Below, piece after piece: positions 12,393-23,145 of a DNA stretch of 44,952 nt. Under the pieces are notes generated by a model, which did not search any database, was not told the DNA's origin, and saw nothing but the letters and a program-made list of their open reading frames with translations. A program made the position numbers and the translations under genes. Numbering within the stretch: the first letter of the stretch is position 1; every line of letters begins with the position of its first letter. Origin of the DNA: Seison nebaliae (taxonomy: Eukaryota); NCBI GenBank assembly GCA_023231475.1, contig JALJEE010001395.1:1-44952 (forward strand), in the 5' to 3' direction.

Positions 12393-13133
12393 TTATCTGT
12401 GACCTTGACGTATCTCCGGTTTTGTTTGCCTAGTATCACGTTTCTTATCTTTAAGTTGCTGACGAATTAATATTCTTTCACGCTCAACAGCCTTGATTTG
12501 TTTCCTTTCATAAGCAAATCCAATACTTCCTATAATTATATTCAAACCACTGATGACTATTGTTACGATAATGAATATATCAACTTTTTCTTTCTGTTGT
12601 GCCACTTCATGTGCATCGATCCATTTATTACACGTTTCTTTCGCATTTTTATCGCTGCAGAAAAGATGATCTACACCAATAAGTGGTTCATATCCACAAC
12701 ATGAATGATTCTCTTCAATTTTCCTAATCCATTGATACTCTGTGTCGTTGTTCAAATAATAATACGATGACGATCTCACGGATAAGAGTTTTGATAGTCG
12801 TTTTGTTTGTACTAGTCGACTTATGATTTCAGTGATCATGAATGCGAACTGTACGACAGACAGTGCAATAACAATGGGAAAATAATGATATTTCTTCTTT
12901 GCCGTGCAATATAGTAAGTAACAACCAGCACCGAGCAATATAGCGGCACGACATATTTCAGTTAATACCGAATTTTTATTATGATAAAAATATGAAATTC
13001 CTATTCTATCGTCATCTTTATGTATTCTTCCAACTGCATGAGCAATATTAAAACTTAATATGATGCATCCTAATACTATATTGCAAGCGCTAAAAATTGC
13101 TACCAAGATCCGGTAAACCACACCTTGTGTCAT
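12393..13133 (-). CDS. Divergent tetraspanin-like protein, 246 aa, intronless
   Basis: Three N-terminal hydrophobic segments, a large loop with the CCG motif and two further Cys, a fourth TM segment and a basic tail. Confidence 0.75.
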   Translation of the reverse strand: MTQGVVYRILVAIFSACNIVLGCIILSFNIAHAVGRIHKDDDRIGISYFYHNKNSVLTEICRAAILLGAGCYLLYCTAKKKYHYFPIVIALSVVQFAFMITEIISRLVQTKRLSKLLSVRSSSYYYLNNDTEYQWIRKIEENHSCCGYEPLIGVDHLFCSDKNAKETCNKWIDAHEVAQQKEKVDIFIIVTIVISGLNIIIGSIGFAYERKQIKAVERERILIRQQLKDKKRDTRQTKPEIRQGHR

Positions 13134-13236
13134 TCTTCATATGTATATAAAAAGATGCGTTGAGAAATTTTATTGAATTCAAATAATTTCTATTTCGTAA
13201 CGGTTAGAAGTTTAATTTTCAATTAATCATCTTTTA

Positions 13237-13638
13237 TTAGGCGCACTTCCAAACAATAATTGCTTGTGTTCCACCGAAGAACATGTAGAGTATATTTTTT
13301 AAATCGTATGTTAATTCGAAACCAAATCCTTCTCCCACCACTACATGCCATGATGGCCCATATTTCTTGTCCATAGTTTCTTTAATAAATTTTGCTGCGT
13401 GCTTGGACAATACATTTCTCAGACACATAAAATTTAACTAACTTCATTATTTGTTGCAAATTTCTCACATGCTGTTACGCATAACTCCATTGTTTCAACC
13501 CGAATCTCTTCTATCATATCGCTGTGCTATGAAAAGTATCAAGTCTTAGGATTGTTATATTTTATAAAAAAAAACCTTAATGAGAGCATAACTAAATTTC
13601 TTGGTATCTTCGGCTTTCGCTTCACCTTCATTATCCAT
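13237..13638 (-). CDS. DNAL4: Dynein light chain 4, axonemal, 103 aa; exons 13638-13576, 13526-13443, 13401-13237
   Basis: The spliced product reads YALIKHSDMIEEIRVETMELCVTACEKFATNNEHAAKFIKETMDKKYGPSWHVVVGEGFGFE...LYMFFGG...WKCA. Confidence 0.95.
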
Positions 13639-14826
13639 GTTTTAATTGGATGATTTAAAATCGCTTTGTTTATCTCTTAGTTACTACAAGCATTGGGATA
13701 AAAAATTAATTATGCTATCAATCCATTCATAAACGTTAAAAAATTTGTTTAAAAATTCGTCTTAACTAAATCCGAAGTAAACAATCATTATTTACTAAAT
13801 TACTAACTAGAAATTACTAACTTGTAAGATGTTTGAATTAAAAGTATTCATATCACACATTATGATGTTTGGAAAATTTTTGACTAATTTTCTACATAGT
13901 TTACTAACAAATTTCTTGATCTGCTGTTTTAATAATAATAATATTTGTGAAATATGGTGACATTAAAAACTAGTTTTTACTTTAAACTTTTTTTCTAAAA
14001 AGTTTTTATTAGTGAAGTAGCTGGGATCAGAATTTATTTAATTCAACTTCTCTATTGATTCTTATATTGTTGAAACTCTGAAGAACGAATTGACTTCAGG
14101 GAGGAAGCTTATTATCGGAGGAGAGTTATCGATTATTAATATATGCGATTATTCGATTTATTAATAAAAAAAATATTAACAACAAATCCCCTCGGGGTAA
14201 ATAAAGGCGGAAGACGCATAGGATAAACGTCTATTTGACAAAAGTTATTAGTATTGAAAAAACACAAAATTTTGTCCGATTATTTTTGAGTAGAGCTGTA
14301 TATGTTCATTCTAAAAAAGGGGTTTGTTATGGAGATAATAAAAAAGGGATAAACATGGGATAATGGTACTTTAGTAATAATGTGTCTAATGGTGTCTTTA
14401 ATAATCGGGTCAATGATATATTGCTAATCGGCATTAGAGTATTATCCATTTTTTTATTAAGAATCTTAGAAATAAAATTTAGACCACCATGCTGTTATTA
14501 TTGCAATAACTGATTTTTGGAGATTGATTAGAGAATAAACATGTTATGTGTTACTTTAATATTAAATATAATGTGCTAATAAAATATTAACGTTGTAAGT
14601 TATAATCATGAAGATGATGTTAATCATTATTATTTGACATGATTTAAAAATGAGGATCAACTAAATTGCGTAACATAAAAAGTGTTAAGCGCCTTGACAT
14701 GGTTGTACATAAATGGATTGGATGAAATTGAATTGTTTATACTTTTATCTTTTAAATTTCCTTTTTACTTTCCTTACATTAATATTCCGTTGGAATATTT
14801 GGAATTAGACGTCACTAACATTCTTT

Positions 14827-15430
14827 ATGCTCTTGTTTTTTTCTTTATTTTTCGTTTTTGCAATTACCAACCAAGCATTTGGAAATAGTTATGGTACTAG
14901 TGATAAACCTTCGAAAAAAATGACACAAGTAAAACATTACGTTAAAACCGATTAACTTACCTCAATTAAATATCAAATAAATTTTACTGTATATCCAGAT
15001 CCTACAACATACAAATGTTGTTGGTAGAACCTATGGAAGAAATCGACTCCGAAGTTTAACTATTAAACGTTGAATTATTCTAATGTGTTTTAGAAAAACG
15101 TGAATTAGGAACTGCGTTTGACAATATGGAAGTTACTCCTTTAATCACAATTCAAAGAACTTTTTCACTTCCACCGAGAACAAAACTTTCCAAATTTGAT
15201 CTTGGTCACCGTTTAGATGAGTTGAGTATCTCTCTTTCACACATGATTGAAAATGTAATACATATCATGACTTTCTTTTCAGCATATCCGCCGATAGTCG
15301 GAAATTAATTGAGGGACAAATGAGACAATCACGAAAATTGGAAGAAGTATTATTTCAACAAGATACAACAGCAACTCAAAAACCTGCTGGAATAAATATT
15401 GAACCTAAATTTGAAGTGAATGATACATGA
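14827..15430 (+). CDS. Small secreted orphan protein, 147 aa, with polybasic RLRKKR site; exons 14827-14940, 14999-15053, 15094-15220, 15283-15430
   Basis: Signal peptide MLLFFSLFFVFAITNQAFG and three frame-preserving GT-AG introns (58, 40, 62 bp). AATAAA lies ~20 bp after the stop. The C-terminus INIEPKFEVNDT resembles that of the 17157 gene. Confidence 0.7.
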
Positions 15431-15489
15431 AAGTGCGTGAATTTGAAGTAAATAAAAATTTCATTAATTAATTTATAAGAGTTATTTAT

Positions 15490-15790
15490 TATTATTTATT
15501 TATTAAAATTCCCGCCGGAATAAAGAAGAAAAAAAAATTTTATTGTCTCCGACATCAATTAAGCGTTGTAACTCCGCAAGAGATACTCGGTCTATTGGTA
15601 GAGATGATATCGGGTCGTATGACGAAATGAATATTGTGAAATAATCCATAATAACGGATAGTGTGAGAAAAGATGGAGTTGGAACGAAAGTAGTATGTAG
15701 CACTAGACTCCTGAGAATAGATAAACGAATTTTTAACGGAATAAATTTGGATTTTGCTATGAAACATTTAAATGAAACTATCCTTTACAT
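15490..15790 (-). mobile_element. 3' end of a non-LTR element, same family as 15791-16570 but opposite orientation
   Basis: FISSYDPISSLPIDRVSLAELQRLIDVGDNKIFFSSLF aligns with FISTYDSTSTLPINRDSLDQLRLFIDTEDDNNFFSLFF at about 16415-16563. The stop is followed by TAA/AATAAA-rich sequence. The inner boundary is approximate. Confidence 0.7.
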
Positions 15791-16570
15791 ATTCTCTTCC
15801 TTGATGCTACAAAGGCATTCGATTCCGTTAACGTTTCTTATGCTTTTGATTACCTTGTGTGTCAACTCGTCCCATATCCCATCCTCAGATTTCTCGCTCA
15901 TCTGTCCTGTAATTCCACTGGGTGTGTTGTTCACGATGACAGCTCCAGTACTGATTTCCAGATTAATTGAAGTCCGTCAAGGTACGATCCTTGGTCCATG
16001 GTTATTTGGTTTGGCTATCGACGGCGTCCTTCGCGAACTCGTCCTGTTAAAGATCCGTCTTTCACTATTACCTTTAGGAGCCTAGTGCTACCTTTGTATT
16101 CTTTGGAGATAATCTTTCTATGCTCTCATCGGTCTTTTCTGTCCTTGGACCGTGCTTATAATCGGCTCATTAGGAGAATGATCTGCTATTTTCATAGATG
16201 TAACCGTTGACTTCTTTTCGCCACTGTGAATAACCTACCACTTCCAATTATTCTATGTCGTCGTATTTTTTCACTCCCTGATAAATTTAACAATTTTGAC
16301 CTACTCTCTAGTCATACTTCCGATACCATCCTTTCCACACCCATTCCGTTTTCACATACACTGTCAGATACTACGGGTTATCTCCAAACATTTCTCTAAC
16401 CGATTTTTAAAATTTCATCTCAACATACGATTCCACCTCAACTCTACCTATTAACCGCGATTCCCTCGATCAATTACGCCTTTTTATTGATACAGAGGAT
16501 GACAATAATTTTTTTTCTCTTTTTTTCAAGTTTATCCTGACGGGAATTTTCACCAATAAATAATAATATT
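15791..16570 (+). mobile_element. Internally deleted non-LTR RT element
   Basis: The RT motif EVRQGTILGPWLFGLAIDGVL jumps directly to the thumb region (FRSLVLPLYSLE), so the YADD region is missing. The ORF C-terminus ends at 16563. Confidence 0.8.
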
Positions 16571-16784
16571 TTTTTTTTTATTATTCGGAATCCCCTCGGG
16601 ACAAAGAATATAGAAATTGAGAAATGTTAGCAAAATTATTTGACGATACAAGCTCACGACCACGAGGTAGTAACCCCACAAGATGAGGAGGTACAAAATC
16701 GTTGATGTTGAAATTCTGAAGCAGACTATTCATCGAAGAAATAGATGATGGGTAATCCATATCATAATCATAAAGAAAACTCAA
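16571..16784 (-). other. Possible 3' end of another retroposed sequence with an A-tail
   Basis: A 67-codon open frame ends TAATAA plus an A-run, tail-to-tail with the RT element. AATCCCCTCGGG is shared with a degenerate stretch near 14186. Confidence 0.3.
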
Positions 16785-16843
16785 ATATGATGTTTAAAAA
16801 GAATTTATTTATTGTTGATTTTTATTAAGTTTATTAACAAGTT

Positions 16844-17152
16844 TCATAACATAATTATAATGTTCACGTATTTCCTTCGAATTTTCGGGTTTCCCAGTAT
16901 CATCCATTCGCGGTGTAATAATGATGTTGGTTCCTGGCTCAACACCTGAACAAAGAAAATATCGAAAACTTTAATGTAGAAATAACTTGTAATATCTGTT
17001 GGAACTTCATTGTAATCGGGATTAGCATCTTTTCCCTCATTAATGACGAACAATATGAATGTTGAAAGAAATAAAGTTGAGATAAACATAATAATAGTGG
17101 TCAAATCAAGTTTTGTTTCTTTTCTACTTTTCTCTTTATTTTTATCCGTCAT
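16844..17152 (-). CDS. Uncharacterised single-pass membrane protein, 102 aa
   Basis: Basic N-terminus and one TM segment (TTIIMFISTLFLSTFILFVI). Several AATAAA follow the stop on the minus strand. Confidence 0.5.
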   Translation of the reverse strand: MTDKNKEKSRKETKLDLTTIIMFISTLFLSTFILFVINEGKDANPDYNEVPTDITSYFYIKVFDIFFVQVLSQEPTSLLHREWMILGNPKIRRKYVNIIIML

Positions 17153-17156
17153 TCGA

Positions 17157-17531
17157 ATGAAATCATTTCTAATTTTCCTCTTTAGCCCAATATTACAAGC
17201 CTTTCGCCTTAATCAAGAATTTGGGACGACATTGAAAATGATGCATTCACCTTCATTAGCCGACATACATGGTATGTTAGAGACGCCACCATTTCAAGAA
17301 CCTAATGAAGTAGATTTGATCGACGAAATTAAAGAATTTCAGTTCAATTTAAATTTAGCCGTTTAAAATATAAAATTTTATGCACAATATTTTAGAAAGC
17401 ATAAGGACTTGAGTAAAAATACAAAGAAAATAACTAATGTATTACAAGATAATGGTGAACATGAGAATAAAAAAAGAAAGAGAAAACTATCAAAAAGAAT
17501 TCGAGTACAACCCAAATTTGAAATTGATTGA
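17157..17531 (+). CDS. Small secreted orphan protein, 106 aa; exons 17157-17341, 17396-17531; probable paralogue of 14827-15430
   Basis: Signal-like MKSFLIFLFSPILQA and a 54-bp GTT-AG intron. It ends KKRKRKLSKRIRVQPKFEID. Confidence 0.6.
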
Positions 17532-17842
17532 CTTGTTATAATAAGAATCGTTCGATCCTTAAATATAAACAATTATTAAAATTGTGTAAATGCAAGAATG
17601 AAATTTTATTCTATTTTCCAGATAACATAAGTTACTATACAGAATATATACTAACAAGGGAATGCTTCGCTCCTATTTCCTCTGAATAAGTACAAAAATT
17701 TAGACAATTTAATTTAGATGTTAAAAATAATACAGAACAAAATAGGATCTTCATTTTTTGCGTAAGAAAAAAATTGTGCAAAATAACTTATAAAATGCAT
17801 ATATGATCTATAAATACATTTATGATGATATGTATGTAAGTT

Positions 17843-19309
17843 TCAGGTTGTGTTCTTTCCACTTTTGGTAACCGTGGATTCAAGATTTAAACCAGAAATA
17901 TTTTCTATTACATCGTTAATTGGTTTTGTAGATAGCAATTCGTAATTTTCCTTTTCAATCTTTTCTAATACAACGGCCTCAACAATTTCGTTTTCAATCA
18001 TAACGCTGAAACGTTCAATGTCATCAATTTGAAATGATTGATCGTCGTTCATACAATACCATATTCCATCTTTGGAGATAACGGATAAAGAATGTACCCG
18101 ATGAGTATTTTCCATCAATTTTGTGTATAATTCTCCCTTATTCAATAATTCTCGACAAAGGCCATTGAATTGGTCTTCGTAATCAATTAGATATTTATTT
18201 AAAATTCTTGGAATGATACTATTGTTACGATGATGAATATAGTTCAGAGTTTTTTGACGAATGTTTTCAACACATTCAGTGATTTCTTTGTTCTTAGTGT
18301 AAGATATCGGAATCTCTTTGAGATTAATCTCAGCTTCATTGTATAAATTTATGGAGAGGGCTTTTAACTGATACTGACGATTTTGTTGTTCTATAGGGAA
18401 TGGATATAATAATATATTTCTATTTATTCTAGGAACTGTAAATAATTGTCGATTAAGGAAAATTGAGAAATCCGGGTATGGTAAATCATTATAATCTTCT
18501 AGAATCATAATTGTTAGAAATTCGACAAACATTAGATATGTACGGTCATGTAACTTTATGCCAGGTTCATATTCAAATCCCAAGTGAATAACTTCCACAT
18601 CATCGTAAGTGTATTTGATTTTGTGACTTATTGCTCCAATAGTCTCATCGCCAATAAAGTTAAGATAAGTTGGTAAGAACGGATGAATATCCAAATAATT
18701 ATGGACTCCCTTTACTGAAACAAATTCTACATTTAAAACTTTTAAATTGGGATAATAAATACTTAGAAATTTTTCTTCCAACACTTCTCGATAAACACCA
18801 TCAAGCAAATCAACAACTAGAACATGAAACCTAAATAATGGTGATGTATAAGTCGTCATCTGTTGATCAATTTCATCATATGGATATTTCCTATCAAATG
18901 TTAATTCTTTTTCTTTAATTGCTTTAAATAAACAATATTGACCACTAAGGCCATATTTACTTTGGTAAGTTATATTTTGATCTATTGTACATAGACCATC
19001 CACTAAAATGTTAGATAATATATTATTCTCAATTGGAGGAAGCAAATCTGTTTTATATTCAACAAATTCAAGTACTTTACTTCTCCCGTCATAAAACCGA
19101 TTTGAACATGCATTTCGTTTTTCTCGAACTATCTCCATTAACCATCTACTAGACATAATCAAACCAAATACAACATTTGTTCCGCATATACCTAACATGG
19201 CATCATTAAAAAAACCAGCTACTTTTTTGTTCGAATTATGCGCCATCAGTGAAAGAATATTTCGCCGATCTGCCATAAGTAATGGTTTATATGTTGGAAA
19301 TAAATCCAT
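17843..19309 (-). CDS. Divergent USP-like (peptidase C19 fold) cysteine protease, 488 aa, intronless
   Basis: Cys-box-like GFFNDAMLGICGTNVVFGLI, then LPYPDFSIFLNRQ and YQLKALSI, and His-box-like VHSLSVISKDGIWYCMNDD. The gene itself is secure (long ORF, clear paralogue at 20050); the family call rests on motif patterns only. Confidence 0.7.
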   Translation of the reverse strand: MDLFPTYKPLLMADRRNILSLMAHNSNKKVAGFFNDAMLGICGTNVVFGLIMSSRWLMEIVREKRNACSNRFYDGRSKVLEFVEYKTDLLPPIENNILSNILVDGLCTIDQNITYQSKYGLSGQYCLFKAIKEKELTFDRKYPYDEIDQQMTTYTSPLFRFHVLVVDLLDGVYREVLEEKFLSIYYPNLKVLNVEFVSVKGVHNYLDIHPFLPTYLNFIGDETIGAISHKIKYTYDDVEVIHLGFEYEPGIKLHDRTYLMFVEFLTIMILEDYNDLPYPDFSIFLNRQLFTVPRINRNILLYPFPIEQQNRQYQLKALSINLYNEAEINLKEIPISYTKNKEITECVENIRQKTLNYIHHRNNSIIPRILNKYLIDYEDQFNGLCRELLNKGELYTKLMENTHRVHSLSVISKDGIWYCMNDDQSFQIDDIERFSVMIENEIVEAVVLEKIEKENYELLSTKPINDVIENISGLNLESTVTKSGKNTT

Positions 19310-20049
19310 TTTATAATAACAAGGTAAAGCAAAAAATTAAAAAGGTAAATTCAACATATGAAAACCACACTGTCCTTTTTTGAAGGAAAAACCAGAAGGA
19401 GTAGAACTGTCTCCCATTCAGTCAGAGATTAAGATTTAACCGATTGAATTTTTATACGTACAACTTCCTAGGACGTCGAATTATTTGAACGTAATAAACT
19501 TTTTAATAATACAAATAATTAACTGATTAATATATTTACTTGTATATAATATTATCAATAATCGCTTAAATTAAATGATAATTTCATTCTTAATAGAGAG
19601 GGAAATAATAATAATAATAATGATAATAAAATAATAATAATAAAGTTATAAAAATAACATTGTGTGCTAATTATGAAGGAAAGGGTAAAATCTCTATTCT
19701 CTCTATAAACCAACGAAATAAACATTTTAGAGTTACATTTTTTTCTTGTCTTTTTGGGTTACATTTGAGTTACTTTCTGTTAAATTAACAGTTGATTCAA
19801 CAGAACAGTAATCGAATTTGTAACGTTACAATTTATCAAATCTTGTATGCTAGGGTTGAAACTTGAATGTCTTTGTTATATAACAACATCTTGACATAAG
19901 CCAAAGCCAAGGACTAAGAAACATGGTTTGGAACATGGAATCGAAAGATTTATGAGGCAGTAGATTAGTTAGACAAGAAGTTAAATTAATCCGTTTTTAG
20001 TTTACTGTTTTTGTGTCTTTGGTTTAATTTTACCATTTTTAATAGCATC

Positions 20050-21465
20050 ATGGACATGATTCATCTTTTCAAACAGTCATTAATGAATGACAGAAGATCA
20101 CTCCTTACTTTCTTTTCCAGAACATTCAATTATAAGAAAATAGCAGGATTTTATAATGATGAAGAGCTTGGTATATGTTCTACAAATGTTTTATTAGGAT
20201 TGATAATGTGCAGTCCCACTCTCATGAATATAGTTGAATGTAAAAGTAAATCATATCCAGCTACTTTCTTCAAAGATATGGAATGTTTAAGAGAATATAT
20301 TGAGGGTATTAATAATACAACAACCCCATCAGAATTAACACTTGGCCAAGTTTTATCGGAAGGAATTTGTCAGACAGCGAACAATAAAACCTATAGTAGT
20401 AAATATGGATTAGCAGGAGATTATTGTCTACTTAAGGCATATAAAGACCAGAAATCTACCTGGGATTATACTTATATATACCATAATATAAGAGACTATG
20501 AAACATTGTTTCCTTCATCCTTCTTTAGATTTCAAAGATTACTTAAAGATCTACTAGAAAAACGTTATATAAAATCATATAAGACAACTTATAAATATGA
20601 TTATTTTTCCGGATTAAGAATTTTAAATATAGAATTCCCCCTAATCAACGTGCAGTATGATTACATGGAAAGCAAGAAATTTTTACCTAACTCATATTAC
20701 TCTGATGTTGGAAATAATGTTATCAATAATCTTCGTGTGTTGTTTAAAACAAAGAACGTCGATCCTTTAGTTATACATATGGGTTTTACAGAAAGTGAGA
20801 ACCTAAAGATTCATCCACGGACATATGTAGCATTTATGGAATTCCTAGAAAGCATAAACTATACACTCTTTCAAGAATTACCAAAACCTAAATTTCTAAT
20901 TCATTTAACTACTCAACTGTTATCAATTCCAAAATTAAAAGCTAATAGTCTCTTTTATCCATTTCCTGTTGGTAATGGAACCTGCGATACTTTATTCCAA
21001 TTGACAGGTTTTTCCCTCAGAATGGTCAATGAAGTAAGTATTAATTTGGATAATGTAATTCCTAAAACACATCTAACTTACAAAATAGCGAAATGCGTTT
21101 CAAGGTTTAAAACAAAAAGTTTAATGCAATTTAATGGAGTGGAAGGGTTAGCAGCGAGACTTATAGGTATGTACATGCGGCAACATTATGCTTACTTTCG
21201 AGGTCTGTGTTTTTCATTACTGCACGTTGAAGAATATTATGAATGCATTAAGGATCGTCAAGATGATATGCATACTTTAGCAGTTATTTTAAGAGGAAAA
21301 CATTGGTTCATTATGAACGATGATGATTCTTTTCAAGTGAATGATATAAATAAATTAACGGAAATGTTAGGAGATGAACGAATGGATGCCGTTATTTTGG
21401 AAAGAAATGTAAAACATAATGGTCAAGAACATTTCTATGATAAATTGCGAAAATTGGTTCTTTAA
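20050..21465 (+). CDS. Divergent USP-like cysteine protease paralogue, 471 aa from ATG 20050, intronless
   Basis: GFYNDEELGICSTNVLLGLI, LPKPKFLIHLTTQ, FQLTGFSL, MHTLAVILRGKHWFIMNDD and AVILER. Colinear with 17843-19309. Confidence 0.7.
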   Translation: MDMIHLFKQSLMNDRRSLLTFFSRTFNYKKIAGFYNDEELGICSTNVLLGLIMCSPTLMNIVECKSKSYPATFFKDMECLREYIEGINNTTTPSELTLGQVLSEGICQTANNKTYSSKYGLAGDYCLLKAYKDQKSTWDYTYIYHNIRDYETLFPSSFFRFQRLLKDLLEKRYIKSYKTTYKYDYFSGLRILNIEFPLINVQYDYMESKKFLPNSYYSDVGNNVINNLRVLFKTKNVDPLVIHMGFTESENLKIHPRTYVAFMEFLESINYTLFQELPKPKFLIHLTTQLLSIPKLKANSLFYPFPVGNGTCDTLFQLTGFSLRMVNEVSINLDNVIPKTHLTYKIAKCVSRFKTKSLMQFNGVEGLAARLIGMYMRQHYAYFRGLCFSLLHVEEYYECIKDRQDDMHTLAVILRGKHWFIMNDDDSFQVNDINKLTEMLGDERMDAVILERNVKHNGQEHFYDKLRKLVL

Positions 21466-21551
21466 ATTTTTGAACTCATGAATCATGAGTCATGATACAT
21501 AATCTTTAACTAATGGTAAAATTGTAATTAATTAGCTAATACTAATTATTT

Positions 21552-21987
21552 ATCAGCAAAGCGACATTAGGTAGAGCGAACGTTGGGTAGAACGACCGTT
21601 TGGTAGACAGACACTTGATAAACCGGCCATTTGGTAGACGACCTATATAAAATACAGTTATGTATATATTTTTGGTATTTTCTTTTTTGACATTAAAATT
21701 ACTCGAAATTTTAGATTATTTTTATTTTATTTATTAAAAAACAATTTATTCTTAAATTTAAAGAATGGAGAGAATTGTTGAGTGATTCGGAGAACTTGTT
21801 GCTAAATACCAAATTGTAAATTATAATCTTTTTAAATAATCCAAAAATTTGGTGTAATTTCAATGTCAAAAAACGAAAATATCAAAAATATATACATGAC
21901 TTTATTTTAATATGGAGTCTTAAAAGGTCGATCTACCAAACAGTCGATATGACAAATAGTCCCGTCTACCAAACGTCCTAGACTGAT
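21552..21987. mobile_element. Foldback/MITE-like element with ~150-bp imperfect inverted arms and TTTGGTAGAC subrepeats
   Basis: About 21580-21722 is the reverse complement of about 21833-21980 (for example TGTATATATTTTTGGTATTTTC versus GAAAATATCAAAAATATATACA). Confidence 0.8.
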
Positions 21988-22607
21988 TTTTTATCCCATT
22001 CACTGACATGTTAACCAAATTCCTGAACAAATAGTTTATAATTGACTTCGTAAGTAAAATAAGTTTTAAATTTTACTTCAATCCAGATAATGGAAAGATG
22101 GCAAAATTACGTAAGATATCAATAATGAATATTTAAGTGTGTGGGAAAGAGTAATTGTTTATTTTATTAAACAAAGGGATTTTATATAAAGGTAGTGAGA
22201 ACTTATGTCATGTTCGAAGAAAATGTAAAGATAACAGACTATTTAAATAACAAGTGAGTTGACAATAATGTAGTGAGCTGTGAGTTTATCTGTTACAAAT
22301 TAGTTATTTTCCCTTAATTGCTAATCTTTATACTAGTCGTTTTTACCGTTGAATATAATGCCAAAACATATTAAAATTTTAATTGATCTGTGACCAGATG
22401 CATATCCCAATATCTTACGGGAATGAATAGTTAGAATAACAACGCATAAAGGTTTGATGTCTTTTTTAATTATTTCGACGTTTTTCTCCCGGTCCAACAA
22501 CCTATCAAGGGTCTAAAATAGGTATTAGGTATTATTAAATTGCATATTCCCGCATCAAAGGAATATAAAAGATATGAGGAAAATCAGAACTGATACTAGG
22601 TATGGGG

Positions 22608-22872
22608 GACAGACAATTCGGAGACTCGACAATTCGGAGATGCGACAATTCGGAGACCGACAATTATATGCAGGGTTAAATGGGGGTGCAAAAATTTCCC
22701 TTTTTTAATAGGTTAAATGGGAGTGCAAAAATTGTTAAATGCAAATTTGACAATACTAGATTACAATTCAGCTTTTATTTTTGAAAACACAACTCCTACA
22801 TCACAATGCTTCCGAATATTGGGTCTCCGAATCGGCACGTCTCCGAATTGTCGAGTCTCCGAATTGTCTGTC
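22608..22872. mobile_element. MITE with perfect 33-bp TIRs built from 16-bp subrepeats
   Basis: GACAGACAATTCGGAGACTCGACAATTCGGAGA (22608-22640) and its exact reverse complement (22840-22872). An internal direct repeat reads GGTTAAATGGG(G/A)GTGCAAAAATT. Confidence 0.9.
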
Positions 22873-23145
22873 GTTCACTACGTATATTTACTTTTCGTAA
22901 AAATCATCATTTTCATTTCATATATTATTAATACTACATGTTGAAACAGCTTGAAACAGAATTGACACAAGCTTTAAATTCGAAATATTCAACTTAATTA
23001 ATTTTATGTCGCAAAACCTGTCATGTGAAAAGTTAATCAAGAAGTATAAATGATATGAATATCAAAACACAGACTCATCATTTTTTTAATTTAAAAATTT
23101 CTTAACGAATATAATAACGAATCTAGAATCTAGATTCTAAAACAC

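Noticed and set aside
14160..14500. Possible further non-LTR remnant on the minus strand (HGGLNF peptide, shared AATCCCCTCGGG)
   Set aside because: Too degenerate to support as a feature without a search.
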